In this document: positions 47,592 through 57,636 of the stretch, one piece after another
Layout of the letters: each line of letters opens with the position of its first letter
How positions within the stretch are numbered: the stretch's first letter is position 1
Source of the DNA: Candidatus Aenigmatarchaeota archaeon
Lineage (GTDB): Archaea; Aenigmatarchaeota; Aenigmatarchaeia; CG10238-14
NCBI GenBank assembly: GCA_018920365.1
Contig: JAHLMM010000001.1
Span: 274,165-338,164 of the forward strand
DNA length: 64,000 nucleotides
Direction: 5' to 3'
Notes under the pieces: generated by a model
The model's input: the letters and a program-made list of their open reading frames with translations, nothing else
Database searches by the model: none
What the model was told of the DNA's origin: nothing
Position numbers and translations under genes: made by a program

Positions 47592-48290
47592 ATGCCGGCT
47601 GTTTTGCCAGAATATATGGGTTATGATAGAACAATTGCAGTTTTCAGTCCTGATGGCAGACTATTTCAGGTAGAATATGCAAAAGAAGCAGTGAAAAAAG
47701 GCACGACTTCTCTTGGGTTGACATTCAAGAATGGGGTTGTTCTAGCTACGATAAAGCAGTCAACAGATCTAGCTGTGCCCAAATCTCTTGAAAAACTTTT
47801 CAAGATTGACGAGCATATAGCAACAGTAGCTTCTGGTTTGCTAGCTGATGCAAGGGTTTTAGTAAGCCAACTAAGAGTTAAAGCCCAAATAAACAGGATA
47901 ACATATGAAGAACCAATAGATGTTTGGTCTTTGGCAAGGACATTGGGCGACAGGATGCAAGTTTCAACACTTTACGCAGGCTTGAGACCATTTGGCGTAT
48001 CATTTTTGATAGGAGGAGTTGACTCTTCAGGACCGCATATAATAGAGTCAGATCCTTCAGGAATGCTTTTCGAATGGCAAGCTTATTCAATCGGCAGAGG
48101 AGCACCAGTTGCAAACAAGTTGTTCAAAGAAAAATACAAACCAGACATGGATGAAAAAACAGCTGTGAAATTTATGATCGATGTAATCAAAAAATCAGAG
48201 AAAATAAAGGATTCAGATTCTATCGAAATCGCAGTAATAAAAGATAGTGTAAAGATATTAACAGAAGAAGAATTGAAAAAGTTGATGTGA
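47592..48290 (+). CDS. psmA: Proteasome alpha subunit
   Basis: 'YDRTIAVFSPDGRLFQVEYA'. Confidence 0.9.
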   Translation: MPAVLPEYMGYDRTIAVFSPDGRLFQVEYAKEAVKKGTTSLGLTFKNGVVLATIKQSTDLAVPKSLEKLFKIDEHIATVASGLLADARVLVSQLRVKAQINRITYEEPIDVWSLARTLGDRMQVSTLYAGLRPFGVSFLIGGVDSSGPHIIESDPSGMLFEWQAYSIGRGAPVANKLFKEKYKPDMDEKTAVKFMIDVIKKSEKIKDSDSIEIAVIKDSVKILTEEELKKLM

Positions 48291-48297
48291 TTCTTGT

Positions 48298-49005
48298 ATG
48301 GTTAGTGTGGACGAAGCAGTTATTTGTAGGTTGAAAAAGGCAGGCATAATATTTGAGATTCTTGTCGATCCCTACAAAGCAGATGATATGAAAAAAGGCA
48401 AACAAGTCGACATAGAAGAAGCAGTTGCTGTTTTAAGTGTTTTTAGGGATGCTAGAAAGGGAGATGCTATATCAACAGAAGAATTACAAAAAGGTTTTGG
48501 CAGCACAAACATAAAGGATATAATCAAAAAAATTATTTTAGAAGGTGAAATTCAGCTTACAACAGAACAAAGAAGAAAAATGATTGATGATAAAAAGACG
48601 CAAATAGCTGAATTGATTGCTCGCCAAGCTGTTAATCCTCAAACAAATCTTCCTCATCCTCCTAGTAGAATAATAAATGCAATGGATCAGGCAGGTGTAC
48701 ATGTAGATCCTTTTGCTGACGCAGAATCACAGGTTGATAAAACTATAAAATCTATTAAAAGTTTATTACCTATAAAACTTCAAAGAGTTGTCATTCAAAT
48801 AACAATACCCGCTCAATTTTCAGGCAGAGCATATGCAGCTGTAAAGAAGCTTGTACCTGAATTTGAGGAAAAATGGCTTGGTGACGGCTCTTTACAAATA
48901 ATAGCAAACATACCGGCTGGCTTGCAGATTGATTTGCTAAAGCACGTCGGGGATATGACTCATGGTAATTTCAAATCAGATATATTAAGAAGAGAGGATG
49001 TATGA
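48298..49005 (+). CDS. sdo1: Ribosome maturation protein SBDS/Sdo1
   Basis: FYSH domain start 'VDEAVICRLKKAGIIFEILVDP'. Confidence 0.85.
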   Translation: MVSVDEAVICRLKKAGIIFEILVDPYKADDMKKGKQVDIEEAVAVLSVFRDARKGDAISTEELQKGFGSTNIKDIIKKIILEGEIQLTTEQRRKMIDDKKTQIAELIARQAVNPQTNLPHPPSRIINAMDQAGVHVDPFADAESQVDKTIKSIKSLLPIKLQRVVIQITIPAQFSGRAYAAVKKLVPEFEEKWLGDGSLQIIANIPAGLQIDLLKHVGDMTHGNFKSDILRREDV

Positions 49006-49676
49006 TGAAGGAAAAAGAAACAGGTGTAAGGGAAATAGCATACCCTGGACAGGTTTTAGGTGATAAAAAAGAGTTTTTGCCTGGTGTAGGCACTTTTGAA
49101 GAGGATGGAAAGATAATCTCAAAATTTCTAGGTATATTGACAAAAAGTGGAAATTATATTTCAGTTGTTCCTTTGGCAGGAGTTTATGTACCAAAACCAG
49201 GTGAACATGTAATAGGCATAATAACAGCTGTTGAAAAAGTTGGATGGGTCGTTGACATAAACTCGCCATGGGAGTCTTTCTTATCTTTATCAGAAGCTGT
49301 TGACGAATTTATTGATGTTAAAAGAGTTATGCTAAACAGATATTATGACGAAGGCGATGTTATTTATGCACAGATAGCCAGTGCAAAGAGAGGTGACGTA
49401 CAGCTAAGCATGAGAGGACCTTCTTGTAAAAAACTTAAAGACGGTGTGCTTGTAAAGATAACACCATCTAAGGTGCCCAGACTAATAGGTAAAGAAGGAA
49501 GTATGATCAATTTGATAAAAGAAAAAACAGGCACAATGATAAGAGTAGGGCAAAACGGCGTTGTTTGGATATCTGGCGAAAAGGTAGATAAGGCAATAGT
49601 TGCTATAAAGAAAATTGATGAAAAATCTCACATTTATGGTTTGACAGATGAAATTACAAAACTATTGAGTGATTAA
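49002..49676 (+). CDS. rrp4: Exosome RNA-binding subunit Rrp4 (S1 + KH)
   Basis: An N-terminal domain, S1 barrel and a KH region with 'GKEGSMI'. Operon position. Confidence 0.8.
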   Translation: MMKEKETGVREIAYPGQVLGDKKEFLPGVGTFEEDGKIISKFLGILTKSGNYISVVPLAGVYVPKPGEHVIGIITAVEKVGWVVDINSPWESFLSLSEAVDEFIDVKRVMLNRYYDEGDVIYAQIASAKRGDVQLSMRGPSCKKLKDGVLVKITPSKVPRLIGKEGSMINLIKEKTGTMIRVGQNGVVWISGEKVDKAIVAIKKIDEKSHIYGLTDEITKLLSD

Positions 49677-50394
49677 AATGGTAAAAATAAAGGGAATTGA
49701 ACTGATAAAGGATGGGAAAAGGCTAGATGGTAGAAAGCCGTTTGAAACAAGAGAAGTTGAAATGAAAGTAGGCATTATACCAAATGCAAATGGATCTGCA
49801 ATGGTTAGGTTTGGCAAGACAACAGCAATAGCAGCTGTTTATGGACCTAGATTGCTTTTGCCTAAGCATTTGCAGGAAATGGACAAAGCCATAATTCAAT
49901 GCAGATACAACATGGCACCGTTTTCTACTGATGAAAGAATTAAACCAGGAACATCAAGAAGAGAGATGGAAATATCAAAAGTTGTCAGACTTGCTTTAGA
50001 GCCAGTTTTATTTTTGGAAAATTATCCTAAAACAACAATAGATGTTTATATTGAAATAATACAAGCAGATGGATCAACCAGAGTAACAAGCGTAAATGCA
50101 GCTTCTTTGGCTTTAGCGGATGCAGGTATACCAATGAAGGATTTGGTTGTTGCATTATCTGGTGGAAAAATTAATGGCCAGCTTATTTTAGATTTAAATG
50201 GCATTGAGGATAACAACTCAGAAGCAGATGTGCCAATGGCTTTTATGCCAAACAAAAAACATATTACACTGCTTCAAATGGATGGAGAATTGAAGCATGA
50301 AGAGATATCAAAATTGATTAATGAAATGTTCAAGGCAGGTGAAATTATTTACAAAAAGCAGATAGAAGCTTTGAAAAATAGATATAGTGAGTGA
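49669..50394 (+). CDS. rrp41: Exosome catalytic subunit Rrp41 (RNase PH-like)
   Basis: 'RLDGRKPFETREVEMKVGIIPNANGSA'. Confidence 0.85.
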   Translation: MIKMVKIKGIELIKDGKRLDGRKPFETREVEMKVGIIPNANGSAMVRFGKTTAIAAVYGPRLLLPKHLQEMDKAIIQCRYNMAPFSTDERIKPGTSRREMEISKVVRLALEPVLFLENYPKTTIDVYIEIIQADGSTRVTSVNAASLALADAGIPMKDLVVALSGGKINGQLILDLNGIEDNNSEADVPMAFMPNKKHITLLQMDGELKHEEISKLINEMFKAGEIIYKKQIEALKNRYSE

Positions 50395-51154
50395 TATGAG
50401 AGCAAATTATATTTTGAAATTGTTGGAAAAGGATGAAAGACTTGACGGAAGAAAACTCGATCAATTTAGACCTATAGTAATCGAGAAAGGAATTATTGAA
50501 AGAGCTGAAGGTTCTGCTAGAGTTAAAATTGGAAAGACAGATATAATTGCTGGTGTGAAAATGGAGATAGAGACACCATTTCCAGATACACCAAACGAAG
50601 GAACGCTAAAAACAAATATAGAGTTTGCGCCAATTGCTCACCCTGACTTTATACCAGGTCCACCATCTGAAGATGCTACTGAAATTGCAAGAGTTGTTGA
50701 CAGAGGTATAAGAGAGTCAAATTCAATTGATTTGGAAAAGTTATGCTTGATAGAAGGCGAAAAGGTATGGGGCGTTTTCATAGATTTGCATGTAATCAAT
50801 CATGACGGCAATTTAATAGACGCTTCATCTTTAGCATCAGTAGCTGCTTTGATGAATACAAAAATACCAAAGTATGAAGACAACAAAATAATAAGAACAG
50901 AATTTATTGGAAAGTTGCCTGTATTGCATACACCGATAAATGTTGTTGTCTCAAAAATACTTGACAAATATATAGTTGATGCAGATAAAGAGGAAGAGGA
51001 AGTTGTTGATGCTTGGTTGAGTGTGGCAACAAGAGAGGATGGATATGTATGTGCAATGCAAAAAGGAGGCAGCAAAGCGTTAAGTTTAAATGATATAGAT
51101 TATATGATTGATTTGTCTTCAAAAAAATCCAAAGAATTGAGGAAACTTTTGTGA
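50387..51154 (+). CDS. rrp42: Exosome subunit Rrp42
   Basis: 'RLDGRKLDQFRPIVIEKGIIERAEGSARV'. Confidence 0.8.
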   Translation: MSDMRANYILKLLEKDERLDGRKLDQFRPIVIEKGIIERAEGSARVKIGKTDIIAGVKMEIETPFPDTPNEGTLKTNIEFAPIAHPDFIPGPPSEDATEIARVVDRGIRESNSIDLEKLCLIEGEKVWGVFIDLHVINHDGNLIDASSLASVAALMNTKIPKYEDNKIIRTEFIGKLPVLHTPINVVVSKILDKYIVDADKEEEEVVDAWLSVATREDGYVCAMQKGGSKALSLNDIDYMIDLSSKKSKELRKLL

Positions 51155-51159
51155 TTAAT

Positions 51160-51324
51160 ATGGGAAGAAAAATATTGAGCAGAAAGTTAAAGCAAATCAA
51201 AGCCGGAAAAGTTAGGCAATCACCAAGATGGGTTGATATAAAGAAATTTGGCATGAAAAGGGCTAGAAACAGAAGAGCAGGCGTCTTCAGAAGAAATTGG
51301 AAGAGGACAAAACTAAAAATATAA
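51160..51324 (+). CDS. rpl39e: Ribosomal protein L39e (54 aa)
   Basis: 'MGRKILSRKLKQIKAGKVRQSPRWVDIKK...RRAGVFRRNWKRTKLKI' fits the L39e pattern (K.L.K..KQNR.P.W...RRNWRRTKLK). Not in the ORF track. Confidence 0.7.
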   Translation: MGRKILSRKLKQIKAGKVRQSPRWVDIKKFGMKRARNRRAGVFRRNWKRTKLKI

Positions 51325-51350
51325 TAGCTTTAAAAATAAAATTTTCTTTT

Positions 51351-52802
51351 ATGGATTGGCAACAATTAGGATTAAAAGTTGGCTTAGAAATCCACTGGGG
51401 TTTGAACACAGAAAAAAAATTGTTTTGCAGTTGCCCAAACACACTTATCAATAGGCAAGCTGACAAATTAATAGAAAGATATTTGCGTCCAGCTGTTGGT
51501 GAGCTTGGCGGTATAGATGAAGCTGCAAAAGCAGAAGCGTTAAAAGGCAAAAAAATTATTTATGAATTTTTTGATGATGCAAATTGTTTAGTAGAAATAG
51601 ATGAAGAACCACCTCATTCACCAAACAAACATGCATTAGAATCGTCTTTTTTAATAGCTGAGATGTTGAATGCAAAAATAGTTGATGAAATCCATGTCAT
51701 GCGAAAAACAATAATTGATGGATCAAATGTTTCTGGTTTTCAGAGAACAATGCTTATTGCAATGGACGGTTTTGTGAAAACATCTTTTGGCAATGTTGGC
51801 ATAAGCAGCATATGTTTGGAAGAAGATTCTTCAAGAATAATTGACTCTAAAAAAAATATATTTAGACTTGACAGACTAGGAATGCCTGAGGTTGAGATAA
51901 CGACGACTCCTGACATACACACACCTGAACAAGCTTTAGAAGCAGCTGAAAAAATAGGAATGATTTTGCTTTCTAGCGGAAAAGTAAAAACAGGTTTGGG
52001 TGTTGTTAGGCAAGATGTAAATGTTTCAATAAAAGATGGAGCAAGAACAGAGATAAAGCATGTTCAACGTTTGAATTGGATACCTTTGGTGATAGAGAAA
52101 GAAGTTGAAAGACAGCTTCAACTAATCAAAAAAGGGGAAAAGATTGAAAATAGCGTTAGAGTGGCAAAAGAAGATGGATCAAATGTTTTTTTAAGACCAA
52201 TTGCTGGATCGGCTAGAATGTATCCAGAAACAGATGTTATGTCCATTCTAGTTGATAAAAAGTTGATTGAAAAAATAAAAAACAATTTACCAGAAACCAT
52301 TGATGTAAAGTTAGAGAAAATGAAAAAAGTTCTGCCAAATGATGTCGCAGAGCAGCTTTCAAAATCAGAAAAATTATTTTTGTTTGAAAAAATTGTTTCA
52401 GAAGTTAAAGCAGACCCAACAATAGTAGCAAGCACACTAGTTTATACTTTGAAGGACATCAAAAGGAAGGGTGTTGATGTTGATAGTATTGAAGATAAGC
52501 AGTTCATTGATTTGTTTAAAATGCTTAAAGACGATAAAATAGCAAAAGAAGCTATACCTCAGATTTTAGAAAAATTAAATGACAAAAAAGTTGAGGATGT
52601 TGTTAGCGAATTAGGCTTGCTAAAGATAACAAGAAAGGAGCTTGAAAAAATAGTTGATGATTTAATAAATGAAAACAGGAATAAAATTGATAAAAACGCT
52701 TATGGCTTGATAATGGGTTTGGTTATGAAAAAAGTTAGAGGCAGAATTGACGGCAGTGTTGTCGATGAAGTTGTAAAAGACAAGCTGAAAAATATGGCTT
52801 GA
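51351..52802 (+). CDS. gatB: Asp/Glu-tRNA amidotransferase subunit (GatB/GatE family)
   Basis: 'GLKVGLEIHWGLNTEKKLFCSCPN', 'ICLEEDSSR' and a C-terminal GatB/YqeY-like helical domain. The ATG at 51351 is in frame with the ORF-track start at 51297, which overlaps L39e. Confidence 0.65.
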   Translation: MDWQQLGLKVGLEIHWGLNTEKKLFCSCPNTLINRQADKLIERYLRPAVGELGGIDEAAKAEALKGKKIIYEFFDDANCLVEIDEEPPHSPNKHALESSFLIAEMLNAKIVDEIHVMRKTIIDGSNVSGFQRTMLIAMDGFVKTSFGNVGISSICLEEDSSRIIDSKKNIFRLDRLGMPEVEITTTPDIHTPEQALEAAEKIGMILLSSGKVKTGLGVVRQDVNVSIKDGARTEIKHVQRLNWIPLVIEKEVERQLQLIKKGEKIENSVRVAKEDGSNVFLRPIAGSARMYPETDVMSILVDKKLIEKIKNNLPETIDVKLEKMKKVLPNDVAEQLSKSEKLFLFEKIVSEVKADPTIVASTLVYTLKDIKRKGVDVDSIEDKQFIDLFKMLKDDKIAKEAIPQILEKLNDKKVEDVVSELGLLKITRKELEKIVDDLINENRNKIDKNAYGLIMGLVMKKVRGRIDGSVVDEVVKDKLKNMA

Positions 52803-53306
52803 CTATTTCATTTGATTCTTTAACTCTTTATACATTTTGTATAATTCAGCTGCCCTATATGCAGGAAATATATCCATTATATTGGTAGGATCTAGCAATG
52901 TTAATAATTCATATAACGCAAGTGCACCACCATATTGCCAACCAATTTCTTTTGAATAAGAATATATGTATGGCAATTTTGGAAGAGCTTCTAATATCTC
53001 TGCTATCCTTTCTATCGGCAGACTTAATCCATAAGATACTGCTAAACTTGCTAATTGAGCTGCACTTATAGAAGCATCATATATGTCTAACCTTGTCGCA
53101 TATGTCCATGAGGATTTATGTCTTTCAACAACTTCTCTTATTTTTTCTTCAAAACCAGGATCTTTTTGCAGTTGCTCATAAACAGACGGTATTGATTTCA
53201 AAAGTTCTTCAGGATCTTTGAAAAACAATTCTGTTATGAGATTTGAAATATATGGCTTGCTACTCTTTACTTTATCGCCAATTTTTTTCAAATCTTCAAC
53301 ATTCAT
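52803..53306 (-). CDS. Hypothetical protein (167 aa)
   Basis: An ORF with no recognisable motif. Confidence 0.4.
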   Translation of the reverse strand: MNVEDLKKIGDKVKSSKPYISNLITELFFKDPEELLKSIPSVYEQLQKDPGFEEKIREVVERHKSSWTYATRLDIYDASISAAQLASLAVSYGLSLPIERIAEILEALPKLPYIYSYSKEIGWQYGGALALYELLTLLDPTNIMDIFPAYRAAELYKMYKELKNQMK

Positions 53307-53320
53307 AAAAGATATTTAAA

Positions 53321-53719
53321 ATGCAACATTATAATATTTTTATGAATATTTCTAAAATAAAACTGGAAAATCAAAAAACAGCATCACCTGATGAAAACCT
53401 CTTTCAAGTTTCAAAAAAAATGGGTGTTAGCAAATCAATAATAATTTTAGATGGCAAAAGACCAGTTGGTATATTGACGATGAGAGATATTGTAACCAGA
53501 GCCCTAGTTAAAGGTAAGGATCCAAAGACTACTCTGGTAAAGGATATAATGACAACTCCTGTTTTTTGTGCAAAAGAAGATGATGATATTGAAAAGATTG
53601 CTGCTTTTATGCTTCAAAAAGATTATTTGACAGTTCCTGTTGTAAACAAAAAAGAAGAATATAAAGGTGTATTATCTTTAAGACAGATAATTATGTATAA
53701 AAAATCAAAGCAAAAGTAA
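53321..53719 (+). CDS. CBS-domain protein
   Basis: Two CBS-like motifs ('GILTMRDIVTRAL', 'LTVPVVNKKEEYKGVLSLRQI'). Confidence 0.6.
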   Translation: MQHYNIFMNISKIKLENQKTASPDENLFQVSKKMGVSKSIIILDGKRPVGILTMRDIVTRALVKGKDPKTTLVKDIMTTPVFCAKEDDDIEKIAAFMLQKDYLTVPVVNKKEEYKGVLSLRQIIMYKKSKQK

Positions 53720-53747
53720 TTTCTTTATGTAAAACAAATACAATTTT

Positions 53748-54350
53748 ATGAAGAAAATTTTGTGGGTTTTATTTTTCTTGAATATTGTCGCAGCACAACC
53801 AGCGCAAGATTATGTTAATGCTGTCATTGTACCTTCAATTGTTTTATTCGTCTTTGTTTTTGGTATAATTTCACTTCTAAAATTCCCAAGAATTATATCT
53901 CTACTAGCATCAGCTGCTTTAACAACAGTTGCCTTTATTTTAGGTTTTGTAAAAACGTTTTCATCTGTAACACTGTCTTTAGGTGGTTTGGCTTCAACTG
54001 GTATATACATAGGCATGTTTCTTTTAGGAGCGATGTTAATTTCAAGGCAATCGCCTTCAGCAAACAAAAAGATGGTTAGATATTCTGATGCGAGGAAGAT
54101 GAGCAGGAAACAGATATCGCAAGAAATGAGCAATATAGAAAAAAAGATTGTTCAAATGCAGTCAAAACTAGAATCAGTAAAAATACAAGAGCATAATCTT
54201 GAATTAAAGTTTTCAACTTCAAAATCTCATGAAATTGCAAAAGAGCTTGAAAGAATAAGGAAAATAAAGAATGAATTATCAGATGCAATAGATATGATGA
54301 TTGAAAGAAAGGAGTATTATAAAAAAGCATATAGAGAAGCTACGGCGTAA
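53748..54350 (+). CDS. Membrane protein with C-terminal coiled coil
   Basis: Three to four N-terminal TM helices, then a charged helical tail. Confidence 0.4.
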   Translation: MKKILWVLFFLNIVAAQPAQDYVNAVIVPSIVLFVFVFGIISLLKFPRIISLLASAALTTVAFILGFVKTFSSVTLSLGGLASTGIYIGMFLLGAMLISRQSPSANKKMVRYSDARKMSRKQISQEMSNIEKKIVQMQSKLESVKIQEHNLELKFSTSKSHEIAKELERIRKIKNELSDAIDMMIERKEYYKKAYREATA

Positions 54351-54645
54351 ACATGCTATTGTATTTTGCTGTTTTCCAAAATCTGCTTATTGCTATTAGC
54401 AATATCAAAACACCAAACAATATTACAAGACCAAATGTGCCTAATGATAGGATTTTGTTAATTATTATATATCCGCTTGTTAGGAAGACATATAGGCAAA
54501 TTATTAACGACACAAGAACATTAACACTTTTTGGAAAAAAGTTCATTCTTTGAAGTATATCATACAAAAGGGTAAACAAAATTATGAATGACAACCCAAA
54601 AACAAAAATGGTGTCGCTGTTTAGCAAAGCCTGTATTTGTTGCAT
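54340..54645 (-). CDS. Small membrane protein
   Basis: Three TM helices, 101 aa. Confidence 0.3.
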   Translation of the reverse strand: MQQIQALLNSDTIFVFGLSFIILFTLLYDILQRMNFFPKSVNVLVSLIICLYVFLTSGYIIINKILSLGTFGLVILFGVLILLIAISRFWKTAKYNSMFTP

Positions 54646-54651
54646 AAAAAA

Positions 54652-55623
54652 CTACCTTAAAAGCTGAATTAATTGGTTTATTTTTTCTTCTGCAACTTGA
54701 GGGTTTGTTTGCAAATTATTTTTAGCTTCAATTATTAGATTTTTCCATTGCAGGTTTTGCGCATAATGCTCCATTGTATCAAGTATGTCCAAAGCATGAT
54801 CAAAGTCACCATTTTTTATCATAATCTTTACATCCCTTGCATAATTTTTCATTAGGAATTTGGCTTGCATAGAGCCTCTTGCAATCCCCATAGCATGCTC
54901 AATAGGTCTCCATTTTTCAAAAACTCTGTTTATATATGCTAGCAAGCCTCCAAGAAATATTAGATCCAAAGCCACTAGGGCAATTCCCAATGTACCTATG
55001 CTCAATATTTCAAGCAGATTTGTTACAACAAAACCTCTGTAAGCTATTAGTCCCAAACAATAACCCACTATTTTTTGTGATTGCGGACGTTTTATTACGC
55101 CTGAAGAACTCACAAAGTCATAAAACAATGACATCAATAACAGCAATGGGACGACAACGCCAAAAACCCAGTAGCTTAGGAACGCAAAACCCCCATAGTT
55201 GCCTTTGTATTTATACCCAGTTATTACACACATGATACCTTCTGCTATGTTGTTTGCCCCACCTGTACTGCATTTCACAGTCATTGGTGTTGCTAAAGCT
55301 GCTCTTGATTTCATAACATATGACATTTGAATGATCAGAAAGCCGACTATTATGACACCCAAGCCGATATAGGATAGAGTTTTACCTGTTCTGAGATGAC
55401 TGCCGGCTATGATTATTCCAAATAATATCAGAAATGAACCTATTGCTATAAGCATTATAGAAGTGATGACATTTGTTATATATTCTAACACAAAATCTAT
55501 AAAACCTGGTATTGCTACAGCCGTAACAACCAGAGTAGCGAAAACAATTGTTAAAAGAAAGAATATAGAAATCCAGTCAGCACCTTTTGAACCAAAAACC
55601 ATACTATTATATTCTAAATTCAT
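54652..55623 (-). CDS. Polytopic membrane protein, paralog family member 1 of 4
   Basis: Shares 'SSGVI...AYRGFVVT...IALVALDLIFLGGLLAY' with the three upstream paralogs. It has an extracytoplasmic Cys pair, 'CSTGGANNIAEGIMC'. Confidence 0.55.
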   Translation of the reverse strand: MNLEYNSMVFGSKGADWISIFFLLTIVFATLVVTAVAIPGFIDFVLEYITNVITSIMLIAIGSFLILFGIIIAGSHLRTGKTLSYIGLGVIIVGFLIIQMSYVMKSRAALATPMTVKCSTGGANNIAEGIMCVITGYKYKGNYGGFAFLSYWVFGVVVPLLLLMSLFYDFVSSSGVIKRPQSQKIVGYCLGLIAYRGFVVTNLLEILSIGTLGIALVALDLIFLGGLLAYINRVFEKWRPIEHAMGIARGSMQAKFLMKNYARDVKIMIKNGDFDHALDILDTMEHYAQNLQWKNLIIEAKNNLQTNPQVAEEKINQLIQLLR

Positions 55624-55634
55624 ACTATTATTTT

Positions 55635-56597
55635 TTAGCTTATTTCTGCAATCATTGCGTTTATTGCTTTTATTGCCTCGTTTTTGTCTTTTGCAAGGTT
55701 TAGATTTTCAACCAATGATAAAAACTTTTCAGATTTTCCCTTAGCTTCTAATAAAGTTCTTAAATTCTCTCTTATAGATTCGGCAAACACAATGTTTATT
55801 TGATTTAGAGGCAATTTTTTCAAACCTTCTAATTCCAACTTCACTTTGCTTTTCAACTCGTCTGTTCTTTCCTTTGGCTTTGATAAAAAATATCTTGGAA
55901 GTTTTTTAATTACTAAAAAGAATATCAAAAGGTTTATTATTATTAATCCAGCACCCAAAAGACCAATTGATAAAAGATCTACAAGCCTTGTTATTACAAA
56001 ACCTCTATAAGCGATAAGCGTAAAACAAATTGTTATAATTTCTGCGTATGTACTATTTCCAATAACTCCGGATTTTCCTATAAAATCTTTGAAGATATTG
56101 TAAAGAACTATTATAGGGATTACAAAACCATATATCCAGAATCCATATATTATCAGCAATGTCTCAGTAATATTTGATTGCTTTGATGGCATATAACCTG
56201 TTGTTATGCAGCTTAAAATTTCTATCAGATTACTCGGGTTTTCGCACTTTAACCAAAAGTTTTTCAAACTAAATATTTTACCAGAAGATTTTATTATCTG
56301 CAATTCTTGGTTTATTAATGATATGAAAATAAAAAACAAACAAAAATATGTTATAATTACAAAAAATTTGTTGTGTTCTGGTATGAATTTTGATGCTAAT
56401 AACGATGAAAAAATTCCTAGCACGGCTAAACCAAACAAAAAATAAGAAAACATAAAAGGAATTGAAATTGCCATTTCAAAATTCATATTAGAAAGATAAA
56501 AAAATATGAATGAAAAGACAAAAATTAGCAATATAAATGGTAAAATTATTTGCAAGAATTCTATGATTGTTTTAGTGACTTTATTAATCAATGACAT
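55635..56597 (-). CDS. Polytopic membrane protein, paralog family member 2 of 4
   Basis: 'KSGVIGN...AYRGFVITRLVDLLSIGLLGAG' and the Cys pair 'CENPSNLIEILSC'. Confidence 0.55.
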   Translation of the reverse strand: MSLINKVTKTIIEFLQIILPFILLIFVFSFIFFYLSNMNFEMAISIPFMFSYFLFGLAVLGIFSSLLASKFIPEHNKFFVIITYFCLFFIFISLINQELQIIKSSGKIFSLKNFWLKCENPSNLIEILSCITTGYMPSKQSNITETLLIIYGFWIYGFVIPIIVLYNIFKDFIGKSGVIGNSTYAEIITICFTLIAYRGFVITRLVDLLSIGLLGAGLIIINLLIFFLVIKKLPRYFLSKPKERTDELKSKVKLELEGLKKLPLNQINIVFAESIRENLRTLLEAKGKSEKFLSLVENLNLAKDKNEAIKAINAMIAEIS

Positions 56598-56630
56598 TAT
56601 TTAATAAAATGGTTTTTTAAATTTTAAACA

Positions 56631-57602
56631 TTAGGTTTCTCTAGCAGTTCTACTACTAATATCTCTCTTGACTCTTTCTGCATCACTTTTTGTTTGTGCA
56701 TTAAGTGCATCAGCTTGCAATTTTTTGGCTTCAATTTCGCCTAACAAATATTTTAAAGCACCGTAAAACCTTTCATCATTGAATGCATTTCTCAAACTTT
56801 CCACAGAATTTGCATTTTTCAAAGTTTCAATGACAATTTTACGAAATTGAGAATTAGCTGTTGCAATATCCATTTCATGCTCTATTTCTTGCCATTGTTT
56901 AAATGCTCTCTTCACATAAGCCAAAACTCCACCTAAAAATATGAAGTTTAATGCAATAACAGCTACGCCTGTCGTACCTATGTCAAGAATATATATTAAT
57001 CTAGTTACAATAAACCCTCTGTATGCCATAAAACCTAGGCCAAAACCAATAAATTTCTGATATGTCGGACTTTGTACAACACCTGATGATTCAACTATAT
57101 CAATGAGCAATGAAGTTAATATTGCTAAAGGTATTGTTAATCCAAATATAACAAAACCAAAAATTCCAAACGCGTTCCAAACATTTGACGTCCCTGAATT
57201 TATAGGTTGATGTCCAGTTAATGCGCATGCTAGGTATGAATGCCAACTTTTTGGTGGGTTTGTTCCACAATCTCCCCAAAAATCTGTATTATCATTTATA
57301 AACTTTATATCATCAGACGCTTTTTTGATTATAAAAACTTCAATCACCATTAATAAAAACATTAATCCAACAACACCACCATAAGCAATCCACCTACCTA
57401 CTTTAGGATTATATGGAGCTACCATCATGCCTATGAAAATAAGAAAACCTGAAAATATTATCCCAATTATAGATACGAGTGATGCCTGTAAAACATTCCA
57501 AAAATTCTCCCAACCAAATAAATATCCCAAAGTAACTATTACCGCACCAAATAATAATAATGCTACTACTATCGCTACTATCCACGATGATGTTGAAACC
57601 AT
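56631..57602 (-). CDS. Polytopic membrane protein, paralog family member 3 of 4
   Basis: 'SSGVVQSP...AYRGFIVTRLIYILDIGTTGVAVIALNFIFLGGVLAY' and the Cys pair 'CGTNPPKSWHSYLAC'. Confidence 0.55.
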   Translation of the reverse strand: MVSTSSWIVAIVVALLLFGAVIVTLGYLFGWENFWNVLQASLVSIIGIIFSGFLIFIGMMVAPYNPKVGRWIAYGGVVGLMFLLMVIEVFIIKKASDDIKFINDNTDFWGDCGTNPPKSWHSYLACALTGHQPINSGTSNVWNAFGIFGFVIFGLTIPLAILTSLLIDIVESSGVVQSPTYQKFIGFGLGFMAYRGFIVTRLIYILDIGTTGVAVIALNFIFLGGVLAYVKRAFKQWQEIEHEMDIATANSQFRKIVIETLKNANSVESLRNAFNDERFYGALKYLLGEIEAKKLQADALNAQTKSDAERVKRDISSRTARET

Positions 57603-57636
57603 AATGAATTATTATACACTTTTAAATTAATATTTG

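Noticed and set aside
51297-51350. N-terminal 18 codons of the 501-aa GatB/E ORF
   Set aside because: They overlap the L39e CDS in another frame. The in-frame ATG at 51351 (MDWQQLGLKVGLEIH...) matches the conserved start of the family.
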